From a virus (Duplodnaviria > Caudoviricetes), in IMG/VR virus record IMGVR_UViG_3300010351_000784, positions 1-64,000 of that record: a stretch of DNA of 64,000 nt. One strand, written 5' to 3'. A program made the position numbers and the translations under genes. A model generated the notes under the pieces. The model saw only the letters and a program-made list of their open reading frames with translations, was not told the DNA's origin and made no database searches. Positions within the stretch are counted from its first letter, which is position 1; each line of letters starts with the position of its first letter. This document shows positions 10,276 to 19,808 of this stretch, one piece after another.

Positions 10276-11857
10276 TCCTAAACTTCAAAAGAGGCTGGAT
10301 TGTTTCCTTTTTTGCCTTAAGAGCAAGCAGTACATCTGTAATGATAAAATCATAGAACTTCTCTGTGCCAAGACCAAGAGTATATGGAATACTGTGGTCA
10401 TCAAGGAAGAACTGAATTCTATCGCCGATTTCATTTGACTCTGCTTCGGTCTGATTTCTGCCGATTGGGCTGTACGGCTTATCTCTTACAATTCCATAGT
10501 TCATATTGTCATAAGTATTGAATACATCAAGAACGAGCTGTTCATAGTGTTCACCAAGAACTGGATTTGTATTGTAGAAGATACCAAGAGGAAGAGGGCT
10601 ATCAGTTATAATTACATCGACCTTATCGCGGCAACGCTTCATTCTGAAAGACTGCTTGCCAAAGGTGTATTCCTGACAACTCAAAGCTTGTTTATTTTCT
10701 TCCCACGTGAAGTCTTTCGCTACTTCTGTAACTAGTTCGCAATTAACACCCATCATTTTTAGTTGTGAAAAAATATAAGCTGCCCCTGTTGAATTATGAA
10801 CAACAGTACAATCATCAAGAACAAAACGGTGATTACCATCTGTCGTAAAGCCAAAAAATTCGTCTTCTCCAAGAGGCATTATCTCAAAGCATTCTCTTAA
10901 TGGTTTTGTTATATCTTTAATTATATTTTTACATATTTTTCGTGGAATTTTTACAGGAATAGTGGTAAGGTCTCCAGTAATATTAACTCTCCAATATTCT
11001 CCAACAAAATCTCCACAAGATTTTTTACAAGAAGTAATTGTCGCTCTAAGTCCACAACTATTAACTAAACAGTAAAAATCATAAGCTAAAGTCTTATTTT
11101 TATTCATCCAATCATAAGAAGTTCTATTAAGATTTCCATCAGAATCAATCAACCCAGCAATAAGAGCAAGTCTATTTTCTAAAGTTGCTGTTCTATATTC
11201 TTTAGGGATGTGCTTATTTTTAATGAGATTATATATATTGCCACTTAACTGATGATGGGCTCCTCCAATATTTCCTTTTGTTAAACAATACGTTTGGCAT
11301 TTGCTATCTTTATAAGAATGTTGTTTTAATTCAAGCCCCAATTCCTTTGCATAATATCTACAATAATCAACTATCTCTTGGTCAGCAGTACAAAAACGGT
11401 TTATAGATTCGCTTAGTCCATCTCCAAGCCAATAACCTAAATAATAAGGGTCAATTTTCAAGCTCTGTCTCTCTGATTGAGTAAAGAATCCTACTTTTGT
11501 TTTATATAATCTCGCATAGTGTTTATATTGAACACCTTTATTAAGATAATCTTCAATAGAAATATCTTCATGAGACCAGCTCTTATCTCTATGATAGCAC
11601 ATTAAAGATAAAATATGATTTGCACTTACAACGATATCTTTTGAAAAACTTCTTTTAAGAAGATACATTGGCGCTCTACCCTGATGTAATTCAAGAACTT
11701 TTCGTGGGGTAGAGTCATCTCCCATAACCCAATCTCCCACCATTACGTCTTCAATATTTTTTATCTCACCATTCCACATAAGAACTTTAGTTCCTTTTGC
11801 AAAACATTTGCCGCTACCCGGTGCTCCGAATAGATTAACTACAATTGGTCTTTTCAT
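10229..11857 (-). CDS. NadR/AAA_28-like P-loop kinase with intein
   Basis: GAPGSGK|...|STGAA, TEVAK, ITDSP, GRNQT. Confidence 0.8.
   Translation of the reverse strand: MKRPIVVNLFGAPGSGKCFAKGTKVLMWNGEIKNIEDVMVGDWVMGDDSTPRKVLELHQGRAPMYLLKRSFSKDIVVSANHILSLMCYHRDKSWSHEDISIEDYLNKGVQYKHYARLYKTKVGFFTQSERQSLKIDPYYLGYWLGDGLSESINRFCTADQEIVDYCRYYAKELGLELKQHSYKDSKCQTYCLTKGNIGGAHHQLSGNIYNLIKNKHIPKEYRTATLENRLALIAGLIDSDGNLNRTSYDWMNKNKTLAYDFYCLVNSCGLRATITSCKKSCGDFVGEYWRVNITGDLTTIPVKIPRKICKNIIKDITKPLRECFEIMPLGEDEFFGFTTDGNHRFVLDDCTVVHNSTGAAYIFSQLKMMGVNCELVTEVAKDFTWEENKQALSCQEYTFGKQSFRMKRCRDKVDVIITDSPLPLGIFYNTNPVLGEHYEQLVLDVFNTYDNMNYGIVRDKPYSPIGRNQTEAESNEIGDRIQFFLDDHSIPYTLGLGTEKFYDFIITDVLLALKAKKETIQPLLKFRNGQSMEVFTCEGCDG
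10793..11806 (-). mobile_element. Class 1 intein with LAGLIDADG endonuclease (338 aa) in Walker A
   Basis: CFAKGT start, LGYWLGDG and LIAGLIDSDG, ends VVHN before Ser. Confidence 0.9.
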
Positions 11858-12431
11858 GGGCGTCCCTCCATTTAATTTTCTTATAAATATAGATATAGAA
11901 GAAATTGTCTACGATGTTTCCAATCAGTGCAAAGATAAATAGATATTTTAAATCGAGAGGGCAGATAATAGCAAAACCTGCTCCCATTAAAGTCGCTGTT
12001 GCTGAAACAATTTGATTGTTATTGTCATAACATTCTCGTAGTTTTTCTGTTGGGTTAATCTTTGCTCGCATTTTTGTTCCGCCGCAGTAAAGGTTTCGTG
12101 TAATAAATGAGTAGATTATGATGTTCAATAGAAAATAAAAACTCAAATCCCATCGTATTAGTACAGCTGTAAACAGAATTACATCTGCCACAATCTCTGC
12201 CCATAGCATTACTAAATAATGATTGAAAAATTTGTCGCTGTATTTATTCCACAACTTACAGAAAATGATTGTAGAAATACAACAAAGTATTTGTTCCAAT
12301 CCAATATACCCACGCGGCACAACCTTGATTGTTTCAGCATAGATATAAGGATAAGAAGTCGCATAGAATAGTGTGCTAATAAAATTAGCCAGTAACATCA
12401 GGTTCGATAATCTTTTCAGTTCCATTTTCAA
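11835..12431 (-). CDS. Multi-pass membrane protein (MFS half-like)
   Basis: 5-6 hydrophobic segments. Confidence 0.6.
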   Translation of the reverse strand: MKMELKRLSNLMLLANFISTLFYATSYPYIYAETIKVVPRGYIGLEQILCCISTIIFCKLWNKYSDKFFNHYLVMLWAEIVADVILFTAVLIRWDLSFYFLLNIIIYSFITRNLYCGGTKMRAKINPTEKLRECYDNNNQIVSATATLMGAGFAIICPLDLKYLFIFALIGNIVDNFFYIYIYKKIKWRDAHEKTNCS

Positions 12432-12684
12432 TTAAGTAAAACTCCCATCCACAATTACATTGAAATCCTTTATATAACTTTCCAGAACGTGGCGGTGAAT
12501 AGATGGTAAACTTCATCCAATGTTTTGGTATTTTATACATACCACTGTTGCCGCCACACTGTGCCACATGAACTCTGAAAGCCTACGAGCACTGGTCTAA
12601 ATCTTCTTTGCTAAAAGAATATGTTTTGTCCATACTATCCCTCCTTTAGTTCTATAATTATTATATCATAAAAATGGTCTAATG

Positions 12685-12906
12685 TCAAGACTTATCCTTC
12701 CATTTAATAAACCCAACAAGGTTAATAATGAAATAAACTGTATACATTATAACCATTGGTAGATTGAATGGACCTACAACATTAACTGCAATCCAAGCAA
12801 TATTGCCAAAAATCCATGCCAACCACCCCATTCTTTTCTTGAGGATAATCAGTATGTTACCACCTAAGCTAAACGCCGCCCCAAGAATAGATAAAATCAT
12901 AACCAT
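12685..12906 (-). CDS. PnuC-like small membrane protein
   Basis: GWLAWIFGNIAWI...YFIINLVGFIKW. Confidence 0.6.
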   Translation of the reverse strand: MVMILSILGAAFSLGGNILIILKKRMGWLAWIFGNIAWIAVNVVGPFNLPMVIMYTVYFIINLVGFIKWKDKS

Positions 12907-13150
12907 AATACCACTCCATAAAATAAAATAAGGGAGCCATTTCTGACTCCCTTTGCTTAATCTTCGTCGTCATCGTCGTAATAGTTGTCACGCTTACGCT
13001 TTGAACGGCGGCGCTCCGAGTCCTTTTTTCTGTGGTCTTTCTCTCTTTTGTTGCCGTCTTTGTCCTCGAAGTTATAATTTCTTTTTCTCTTATTGTAACC
13101 CCAATCCTTCTGAGTCGGGTAATCCTTATGAGCCAAGTCCTTCCCTCCTA

Positions 13151-13582
13151 TTAGAAGTCAAGTTCCTTACGGATAATATCTCTGAGGTCATTTCCAAAGC
13201 TTGGATAGGTTGCAGTTGCGCCCTCGCCAAACTCCTTACCCTTCTCTGCTTCGTTACTGTAAAGCCAAGGGAAGGACCTCGCCGCACGGAAAGCACAAGT
13301 AATATCGTATCTTGAAAGAGGCTGCTTGTACTTTGTAGCATATGTCTGAGCCTTTACGTTGTATGTATATACAAGCTTACGGAGCTCTTCATACTTGTCT
13401 TCAACAAGCTTCTTGCTCTTCATGAGGTCGTTGTAGTCAGACTTACGGCACACTTCGATTCTACGAGCTTCGCTCTTACTCTTCTCTGCCTCTGCCGCGT
13501 CCTTAACAACACAATTTGCTACGTCCTTTTCTGTATACCAAATCTTGCCACAAATAGGACACTTATAACTCTTATTTGCCAT
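13151..13582 (-). CDS. Zn-finger/coiled-coil hypothetical protein
   Basis: YKCPICGK then charged helix. Confidence 0.65.
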   Translation of the reverse strand: MANKSYKCPICGKIWYTEKDVANCVVKDAAEAEKSKSEARRIEVCRKSDYNDLMKSKKLVEDKYEELRKLVYTYNVKAQTYATKYKQPLSRYDITCAFRAARSFPWLYSNEAEKGKEFGEGATATYPSFGNDLRDIIRKELDF

Positions 13583-13844
13583 TTTCTTACACTCCTATTG
13601 TAATTTTTTTGGTTATTAGCCAAATAACCATAGCTATATAATCAGGGAGCATAGGCATCATTGCTAATGCCTGCGCCCATAATGTTCCGAATTTATGTAT
13701 TTTATACATTTTTCATCTTCTCCTATAAATATTCCTTATTTAATTTAGAATAATCAGTATAGGGGGAATAGTTAATAGATTTATCTCTGGACAAGACTTT
13801 TAGACGTCCAAAATCTTGTCCAGTTAAATCAATAAATCTACCCA

Positions 13845-15326
13845 TTAACGCCAGCTAAACTGTGAGCGAGAAAGAATCTCAATCATAGCAGACATAGCGT
13901 CCTGAGAGATAAGAGTTGTAAGCTCCTTAAAAGTAGCAGCAGAGCTACCACTGAGATAAGCTACTCCCCTGTTCTCCTTAGATGCAATGTAACGGTCACC
14001 ACGGGAAGCGACGTTCCACATAATAAGCTTTGGAGCCTTAAGACCGATGCTTGCATACTTAGCCTGCCACTTCTCAGCAATTCCCTCGAAAGAAGAACCG
14101 CGAGCCTCAAGACTACGTCTGTAGCTGTCGATTTCTCCGTCAGAAATTACGATAAGTGCAGAAGGTGCGTCATGCTCTCTCTTAGTAATGTCATAGATAC
14201 GCTCGAAAGCAAGGTCAAGGTTAGTGCTAAATCCCTCGTGAGAAGTCATCTGCTGAACTCTTGAAAGCAAGCTGTCGCTTGGGTTCAAAGTGTAAAGAGA
14301 AGGCTCGTTAGTGAATGACATAACAAGGTTCTTGTAAGCACCGCTGTTACGCTCTGCAAAGTAGATACCAAGGCTGATTGATGTTGCCATAGGCAAACCA
14401 GTCATAGAACCCGATACGTCTGCAAGAACAATTGCGTTGTGCTCACCCTTGACGTAGTTTGGAAGTGCCTTCCACTGAGCCTCAAGCACAGGGTCGAGCT
14501 GAGTTCTGGAAAGGCTGTACCATCCAGCTACAGCATCAACATATGGCTTTGCAAGCTCATATGGGTAAGTAACTGAAGCGTTAATCTTTGCATCGCCGCT
14601 TGTTACAGCGTTGATGTAAGCGTTAAAACGCTCAAAGTCGTGCTTACCGAATGCAGAGCGGTAGCGTGTCATAGCGACAGAAGGTACTGCCTGATAGTCG
14701 ATAGCGCCGAAGTTTTGTGCGGACATCTTCTTCTCAACTACATCAAGGTACTTTCTAAGTGCAGAAAGAGTCTTTCTGTAAGTACGCTCGCTCAAACCGA
14801 AATATGTGTAAACCTTTCTCGCAAGACGACGAGTCTCCTTAGAGCTTGTGTTTGCAGAAGGAAGCCACTTAGCAAGCAATGAGATAGAGTTACCCTTGCC
14901 CATGTCAGTAATGTCCTTACGGAGCTGCTCCTTCATGAACTTAAGAGCGTCATTCTCAACGCTTGTACCTTCAAAGACAAACAAGTCGTCCCAACGACCT
15001 GCAGACACGATTGTGTCAAGGTTACGACGAACCTTTGCAGGGTCCTTGATAGCAATAGTCTTCAAAAGAATTCTTGCGATTCTACGCTCACCGATACCGC
15101 CCTCACGGATGTTACGGGCATAAAGAATAAGGTTATCTGCAAGCTCTTTGTCCTCGTTACGAGCATCGAGATAAAGACGGTTAATCTCAGACTCAGATGC
15201 CTGACGAAGTCCACCTACACGTGCGAAAAGGTTAAGCAGTGCGCTACCTGTAGTAGACTTTACCACCGCACCGTTTTCAGTGCGAGTAAGGTTGCTGTTT
15301 CCACGAAATCCATCAGTAAAACTCAT
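13845..15326 (-). CDS. DUF2828 / TROVE-like helical + vWA protein
   Basis: TENGA..STT, RxIRxGxGER, GRWDDL, LLAKWLPS, vWA DVSGSM and ISDGE. Confidence 0.85.
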   Translation of the reverse strand: MSFTDGFRGNSNLTRTENGAVVKSTTGSALLNLFARVGGLRQASESEINRLYLDARNEDKELADNLILYARNIREGGIGERRIARILLKTIAIKDPAKVRRNLDTIVSAGRWDDLFVFEGTSVENDALKFMKEQLRKDITDMGKGNSISLLAKWLPSANTSSKETRRLARKVYTYFGLSERTYRKTLSALRKYLDVVEKKMSAQNFGAIDYQAVPSVAMTRYRSAFGKHDFERFNAYINAVTSGDAKINASVTYPYELAKPYVDAVAGWYSLSRTQLDPVLEAQWKALPNYVKGEHNAIVLADVSGSMTGLPMATSISLGIYFAERNSGAYKNLVMSFTNEPSLYTLNPSDSLLSRVQQMTSHEGFSTNLDLAFERIYDITKREHDAPSALIVISDGEIDSYRRSLEARGSSFEGIAEKWQAKYASIGLKAPKLIMWNVASRGDRYIASKENRGVAYLSGSSAATFKELTTLISQDAMSAMIEILSRSQFSWR

Positions 15327-15351
15327 AATAAGTTCCTCCTTTAATCATACA

Positions 15352-15382
15352 AGATTCATTTTAATTTGTGCTGTAAGAATCT
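15352..15382 (-). ncRNA. Stem + TTACAGCA motif RNA, copy A
   Basis: AGATTC ttacagcac..GAATCT. Confidence 0.5.
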
Positions 15383-15388
15383 ACAACG

Positions 15389-15449
15389 CGTCACGCCTCT
15401 CTTGTCAAAAGAAAATGGCGACAAATTATATAGGTTGCTGCACGTGACG
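15389..15449 (-). ncRNA. Stem + TGCAGCAA motif RNA, copy B
   Basis: CGTCACG tgcagcaacc..CGTGACG with internal TTGTC/GACAA hairpin. Confidence 0.5.
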
Positions 15450-15452
15450 AAA

Positions 15453-15529
15453 TGGTACTCCGAGTGGGACTCGAACCCGCAACACACCATGTTTAAGACG
15501 GATGCCTCTACCAATTGGATTACCGGAGC
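15453..15529 (-). tRNA. tRNA-Leu(TAA), short variable arm, encoded CCA
   Basis: GCTCCGG/TCGGAGT acceptor, loop CT-TAA-AC, GGTTCGAGTCC T arm, ACCA end. Confidence 0.85.
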
Positions 15530-15749
15530 ATTTAAAATGAGCTTTTTGTATACGAAGTCTGCTCAAACTCCGCCGCCATATCGCATTCATGATACATATT
15601 CCCTATCCTGGCGCCTGTATCACTTCTGCCATAGGGCTGGTAAAATTTCTTTAGGGGCAGCGTGGTACACTTGCCTGACTACTCGGAAGATTGTCAACTA
15701 CCACACTTTCGTTCTGGTAGAGGCGTGCTGACCACATAGATAAATACGC

Positions 15750-15847
15750 AAGACACGAAAAATCTGAAAATCCTTGATAACCAATTCACTAAATGATTTT
15801 AAATCTAAATGTTTTTAAATAATTTACAGGTCGCTGTAACGTGTCTT
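15750..15847 (-). ncRNA. Stem + TTACAGCG motif RNA, copy C
   Basis: AAGACACG ttacagcgacc..CGTGTCTT. Confidence 0.5.
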
Positions 15848-15849
15848 CT

Positions 15850-16282
15850 AAATTTCGACGGTTTACATTGCCCGTCAATTGGTGTGGGATAGGAGAATGG
15901 AGGGAGCAAACCTATTGAAGCCAATCTCTTTCTTCCCACAGCGGCTCGTCACCGTTCGGCGTCTCTTTTATGCTTTAGCGAAACTAAAACCTACGCCATA
16001 CTCCTTTTGAGAGCATACTGTATTTATCGCTGACCGATAAACTTTAAGGAATAATGCTATAACATTATCACGATGGACGGTGTTTTCTGATTGTCTTTCA
16101 TAGCTGAAATATTTTCGGGCTTCAGCCACACGAGCGGTCTTGGATTCTCGCCGCCACAAAGTACGGGTAACGTAACCGTACACGCCACACTCTTTCTTAG
16201 CTATGTGATGCCGTCTCATCCTCCGCCTAAGGGAGGTAAGTCTCTCGTTATTTGTTTTATGGATTGCTGTCTTTCCATCGTT
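15850..16282 (-). ncRNA. GC-rich multi-hairpin non-coding transcript (unassigned)
   Basis: Directly after promoter; at least 7 hairpins; no convincing ORF. Confidence 0.4.
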
Positions 16283-16320
16283 TCTATAATAATTATAACA
16301 AAAATTTTGGAAAAAGTCAA
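16283..16320 (-). promoter_or_regulatory. SigmaA-type early promoter (family copies near 200, 985, 2350, 5720, 8530, 9890, 12650, 18450, 21520, 26290, 30115, 51970 minus; 52018, 54558, 58020, 58835 plus)
   Basis: TTGACT-N17-TATAAT with extended TG and conserved ATTATAGA tail. Confidence 0.8.
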
Positions 16321-16352
16321 GAAATTAATTCTTAAAGTTATTCAAATCTGCC

Positions 16353-17276
16353 TTAATGTGCGTTAAGGTCAGCCTCATGGACAAGCTCATACACCTTGCA
16401 CATATCTTCTCCATAAGTTGCCTTGAACTTCTCAAGATAATGCTCAGAATCCGCATAGGACTCCATATGCCACTGTACAAGTACAATCATATTTGCGAGC
16501 AGAACGTGCTGCTTCTCACCCTCAAACTGATTTGCACAGCAAGCCATCATGTATGCGCCGATTTCAGCGTGGTTGTAGTAATGAGAATGGTCATCGAGTT
16601 CACCATTCATCTTCTTGCGAGACTTAACTACAGGCTTACCGATATCGTGGAATAATGCGGCAGTACGAGCAAGATGAATCTGAGCCTTATCCAGACCCTT
16701 CTCTTCACCGTGCTTGGATGCGTATGCACCTGCCTGAATCATGTGGTCAAAAATGTTCGCAGAGTGATGAGGATTATCATGGTCTACACCGTAAGCATCG
16801 TAAAGATACTCTCCAAGAGTCTTGATGTTCTTAGGATGTGCAATCATACGAATGCCATCCCAGCCCTCGTCAAGACGAGGAAGAGTCATCTGCTTGTACA
16901 TTCTCATGATAACGTCCTCAGGAACCTTGCGGTTACGAGAAGCGTTCTGCTCAAGGATAATGTCAAGCTCAGTTGCGGCTACTACAGCAATCTTCTTCAC
17001 GCCAGCAGGAAGGTCCTTCAAGAAGGACTTTCTACGCTTACGAGAAAGGTTGGTAGCATCGTATACGCAGGAAGTACCTGCAAGGAGATACTTTCTAATG
17101 CGGTTGTGAACCTCATTGAAAACCTCTCCGTTATGAGTCTGGTCCTCTTCAGAACCGAATAACTCTGCGCGAATTGCATCGGAAGATACAACAGGAGCGT
17201 TTAGAGTATTTGCAATGTAGGACTTGCCGGAGCCTGGTTAAGGAATGCCAATCATCATATATAAAATTGGCATCAT
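16353..17276 (-). CDS. Polynucleotide kinase (AAA_33) + HD domain; in-frame TAA at 17238-17240 within Walker A
   Basis: MIGIP*PGSGKS, SSDAIR, YDATN, HDNPHH, FHDIGK, HAEIGA. Confidence 0.8.
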
Positions 17277-17294
17277 ATGGCATCACTCCTTCCA

Positions 17295-17410
17295 TCAATA
17301 AGTTGTTTTTGATAAAATCAGGTTATCAATTATTAAATTACTTAAATGAGTATAGGGAATTCTTATTAAAGGAATAGAATTCTTTATACAATACATATTT
17401 TTATTTCTAT
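17295..17410 (-). pseudogene. C-terminal remnant of DUF2726-like homing endonuclease
   Basis: DRNKNMYCIKNSIPLIRIPY. Confidence 0.6.
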
Positions 17411-17499
17411 CTCCGCCCCGGAGCCTTGAAGTAGCTAATTTTAACTGCATAGCTTTTTTCAAGGTCGTATTCGACCATTTCAGTATCACTTGACTCTCG

Positions 17500-18126
17500 T
17501 CACAGCCATTCCTGTGATTCGATGAATCTGAAGATAGTCTTTTTCAGTTCGAACAGTTCCTCGGTATATTCTCCTTCCTCAATTGCTTTTACCTCATTAT
17601 AAATTTCCTTCCAACTATCACAGTGGATAATAGAATGGTCAGTTACATTTCTGTTCCACGGGTAGTCGATACAGATAGAAGTATACTTTCTGCCGCCGTT
17701 CAAATTGTCGATACAGTCGTCAATAAGAACGTCAAGGTCAAGAAGCTGCTTCTTATGAATGTTGATTGTGTGTCTCCAGACGTACCCCGGCTCGAAAAAG
17801 TCCAGCTCTCTTTCAAGATGCTTGATTTTCTTGCGGAGGTTCTCAGGAAGTGAACTGGTTACGAAATAAATTTCGTGTCCCTCTGCTCTCAGTTTGTTGA
17901 TATACTTCTTTGCTCCCTTGATTACCTCAACCTTTTTCCACATATGCTTGGACTCAAAGGCTTCCTGTACAAGAAGCTCATAGCCGCGAGGAAGATTTTT
18001 TTCAAGCCAGTACTGTTTACAATCTTCCAATTTAAAATTAAGGTTAGGAACGCGTTCATTAAGATATTCGATTACTGACTCTGTAGTGTTGACTATAACA
18101 TTATCAATATCTACTCCAAGTATCAT
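17500..18126 (-). CDS. HAD-family 5'(3')-deoxyribonucleotidase
   Basis: GVDIDNV, FVTS, K..LDLDVLIDD, PWN. Confidence 0.85.
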   Translation of the reverse strand: MILGVDIDNVIVNTTESVIEYLNERVPNLNFKLEDCKQYWLEKNLPRGYELLVQEAFESKHMWKKVEVIKGAKKYINKLRAEGHEIYFVTSSLPENLRKKIKHLERELDFFEPGYVWRHTINIHKKQLLDLDVLIDDCIDNLNGGRKYTSICIDYPWNRNVTDHSIIHCDSWKEIYNEVKAIEEGEYTEELFELKKTIFRFIESQEWL

Positions 18127-18129
18127 TTC

Positions 18130-18220
18130 AATAAAGTCTCCTATATATAATTAGAATTTAACTTGTCATAATCCCAATATGGAATAATAACCAATTTAAT
18201 ATTATTATTTTTACAATCGC
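18130..18220 (-). pseudogene. C-terminal remnant of DUF2726-like homing endonuclease fused to a Zn-ribbon ORF
   Basis: CKNNNIKLVIIPYWDYDKL. Confidence 0.55.
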
Positions 18221-18601
18221 CACGACAATTTTTAAAACCTCTTTCATATCTTTCTTTTGTTTTAAAATAAACAAAATTCTCTACGCCGCATTCTGGACAC
18301 TTTATTGCATATTCGTATTCCTGAATGCCAGTCTGTACATATTTTGTTTCATTTTTGCTATAAGCAAAGATGCACCCGCAGTTACATTTCTATGCGTAAA
18401 GGTTGGCGCCGCTTCGCAATACTTTCATTTTTCGCTCCTTTCAAACTTTCTATAATTATTATATCAAAATTTTTTAAAAAAATCAAGTATTTAGATTTGG
18501 GGAAATTTTAAGGAAATTTTATTATATTATAAATGAACACGTGATTATAGTATAAATTTTAGGAAAAGTAAAGAGTTTAGAAAACTAAAATTTTATTTAT
18601 A

Positions 18602-18814
18602 TTAAATAGTAGTATTGTTGCATCTACTCATATCTTCCTTGTCTACTTGTTTTAGTATTTCAAAGGTAAAGTTTTCAATGCCTTCAAGTTGAATAATATC
18701 GTCAATGAATTGGCGACCTTTACAATGTTCATCAAGACGTTTGCCGCAATGGACAGATTGACCAATGTATGATTTGCCGTTTAACTTATTTGTTATTTTG
18801 TAGATACCTTCCAT
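18602..18814 (-). pseudogene. Truncated GIY-YIG endonuclease
   Basis: GIYKITN..SYIGQS..R..EH; stops before the catalytic Glu/Asn. Confidence 0.65.
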
Positions 18815-18869
18815 AAAACTCACTCCTCCTATTATGCTCTTTTATATAAATTTATATTTCTATTTTATA

Positions 18870-19559
18870 TTACTTACCAAATATTTCTTCCTTTATTTTA
18901 TCTACAAGCTATTGATTAACTGGTGCATTAACATCAATTTCAAAATCACTATTTTCATTTATCATATTTACTTGTTTTACTTTATAATACTTGTGTTTGC
19001 CAGTATTTTCATTCCTAACTTCCACTTGTAAAGTGACAAGACCCCAATAAGACAAAACTCCTAAATACAATTCAATTTGCGGATAGTAAGAAGAATCTTT
19101 AATATTATGGTCTAATATTGCAATAATTGTTGCTTTATTAAACCATTGTTCAAGTTCTTGATGTTGATAAATTCTGTTTAAAATCACATACGTTCTTATC
19201 AGTTCCACTCCTAAATATTTTTGAAACTAAAGAAGAAATGTTAAAGTTTTCTAATCAACCGCCGCATAAATTTGTGGTATTTTTATTATATACCATTTTT
19301 CTTCTTCCGTAACTATGCCCATTGTTTTTAAATTATCGAGTGCTTTGTAAAATGTGGGTCTGCTAATATCTAATAATCTTGATACGGCACTTATGTTAAG
19401 AGAATTTTTGTAAATGAAATAATGTCTTTCATTATCTATTCCATTCCATTTACATATAGACATAAAATAATAATATACAAGCCATTGTTTAACTGAAAGT
19501 TTATCTGTCTTATGTATCTAATCAGAAGATAATACTCTAATATTTTTTATAGTAGACAT
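18870..19559 (-). CDS. Winged-helix protein, candidate replication initiator (229 aa, TAG=Gln)
   Basis: Joins ORFs 19251-19463 and 18909-19208; HTH ISAVSRLLDISRPTFYKALDNL; adjacent to iterons. Confidence 0.65.
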
Positions 19560-19626
19560 ATAATCACCTCCAATATAAATGTGTAAAATACTTTACAGAA
19601 ATCTAATATTTTGAGTTCATAAGAAT

Positions 19627-19770
19627 TGTAAATTCAAGTCTACTGGATGTAAATTTTCGTCTACTGGATGTAAATTTTCGTCTACTGGATGTAAATTTTC
19701 GTCTACTGAAGTGTAAAATATTGACTAATGAAGTGTAAAATATTGATTAACGAAATGTAAAATATTGTAG
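19627..19770. repeat. Seven 21-22-bp iteron-like repeats (core TGTAAA; GTCTACTGGATGTAAATTTTC x3)
   Basis: TGTAAA at 19627, 19648, 19669, 19690, 19712, 19734, 19756. Confidence 0.85.
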
Positions 19771-19808
19771 AATATTTATTTACTCTTTTTAGAAAAGAGT
19801 AAACAGAA

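Noticed and set aside
15453-15529. Ochre or amber suppressor tRNA
   Set aside because: A TTA anticodon register breaks the stem and U33; TAA (Leu) fits
15968-16219. 83-aa ORF in the ncRNA region
   Set aside because: No recognisable motif and it overlaps dense hairpins; not fully excluded
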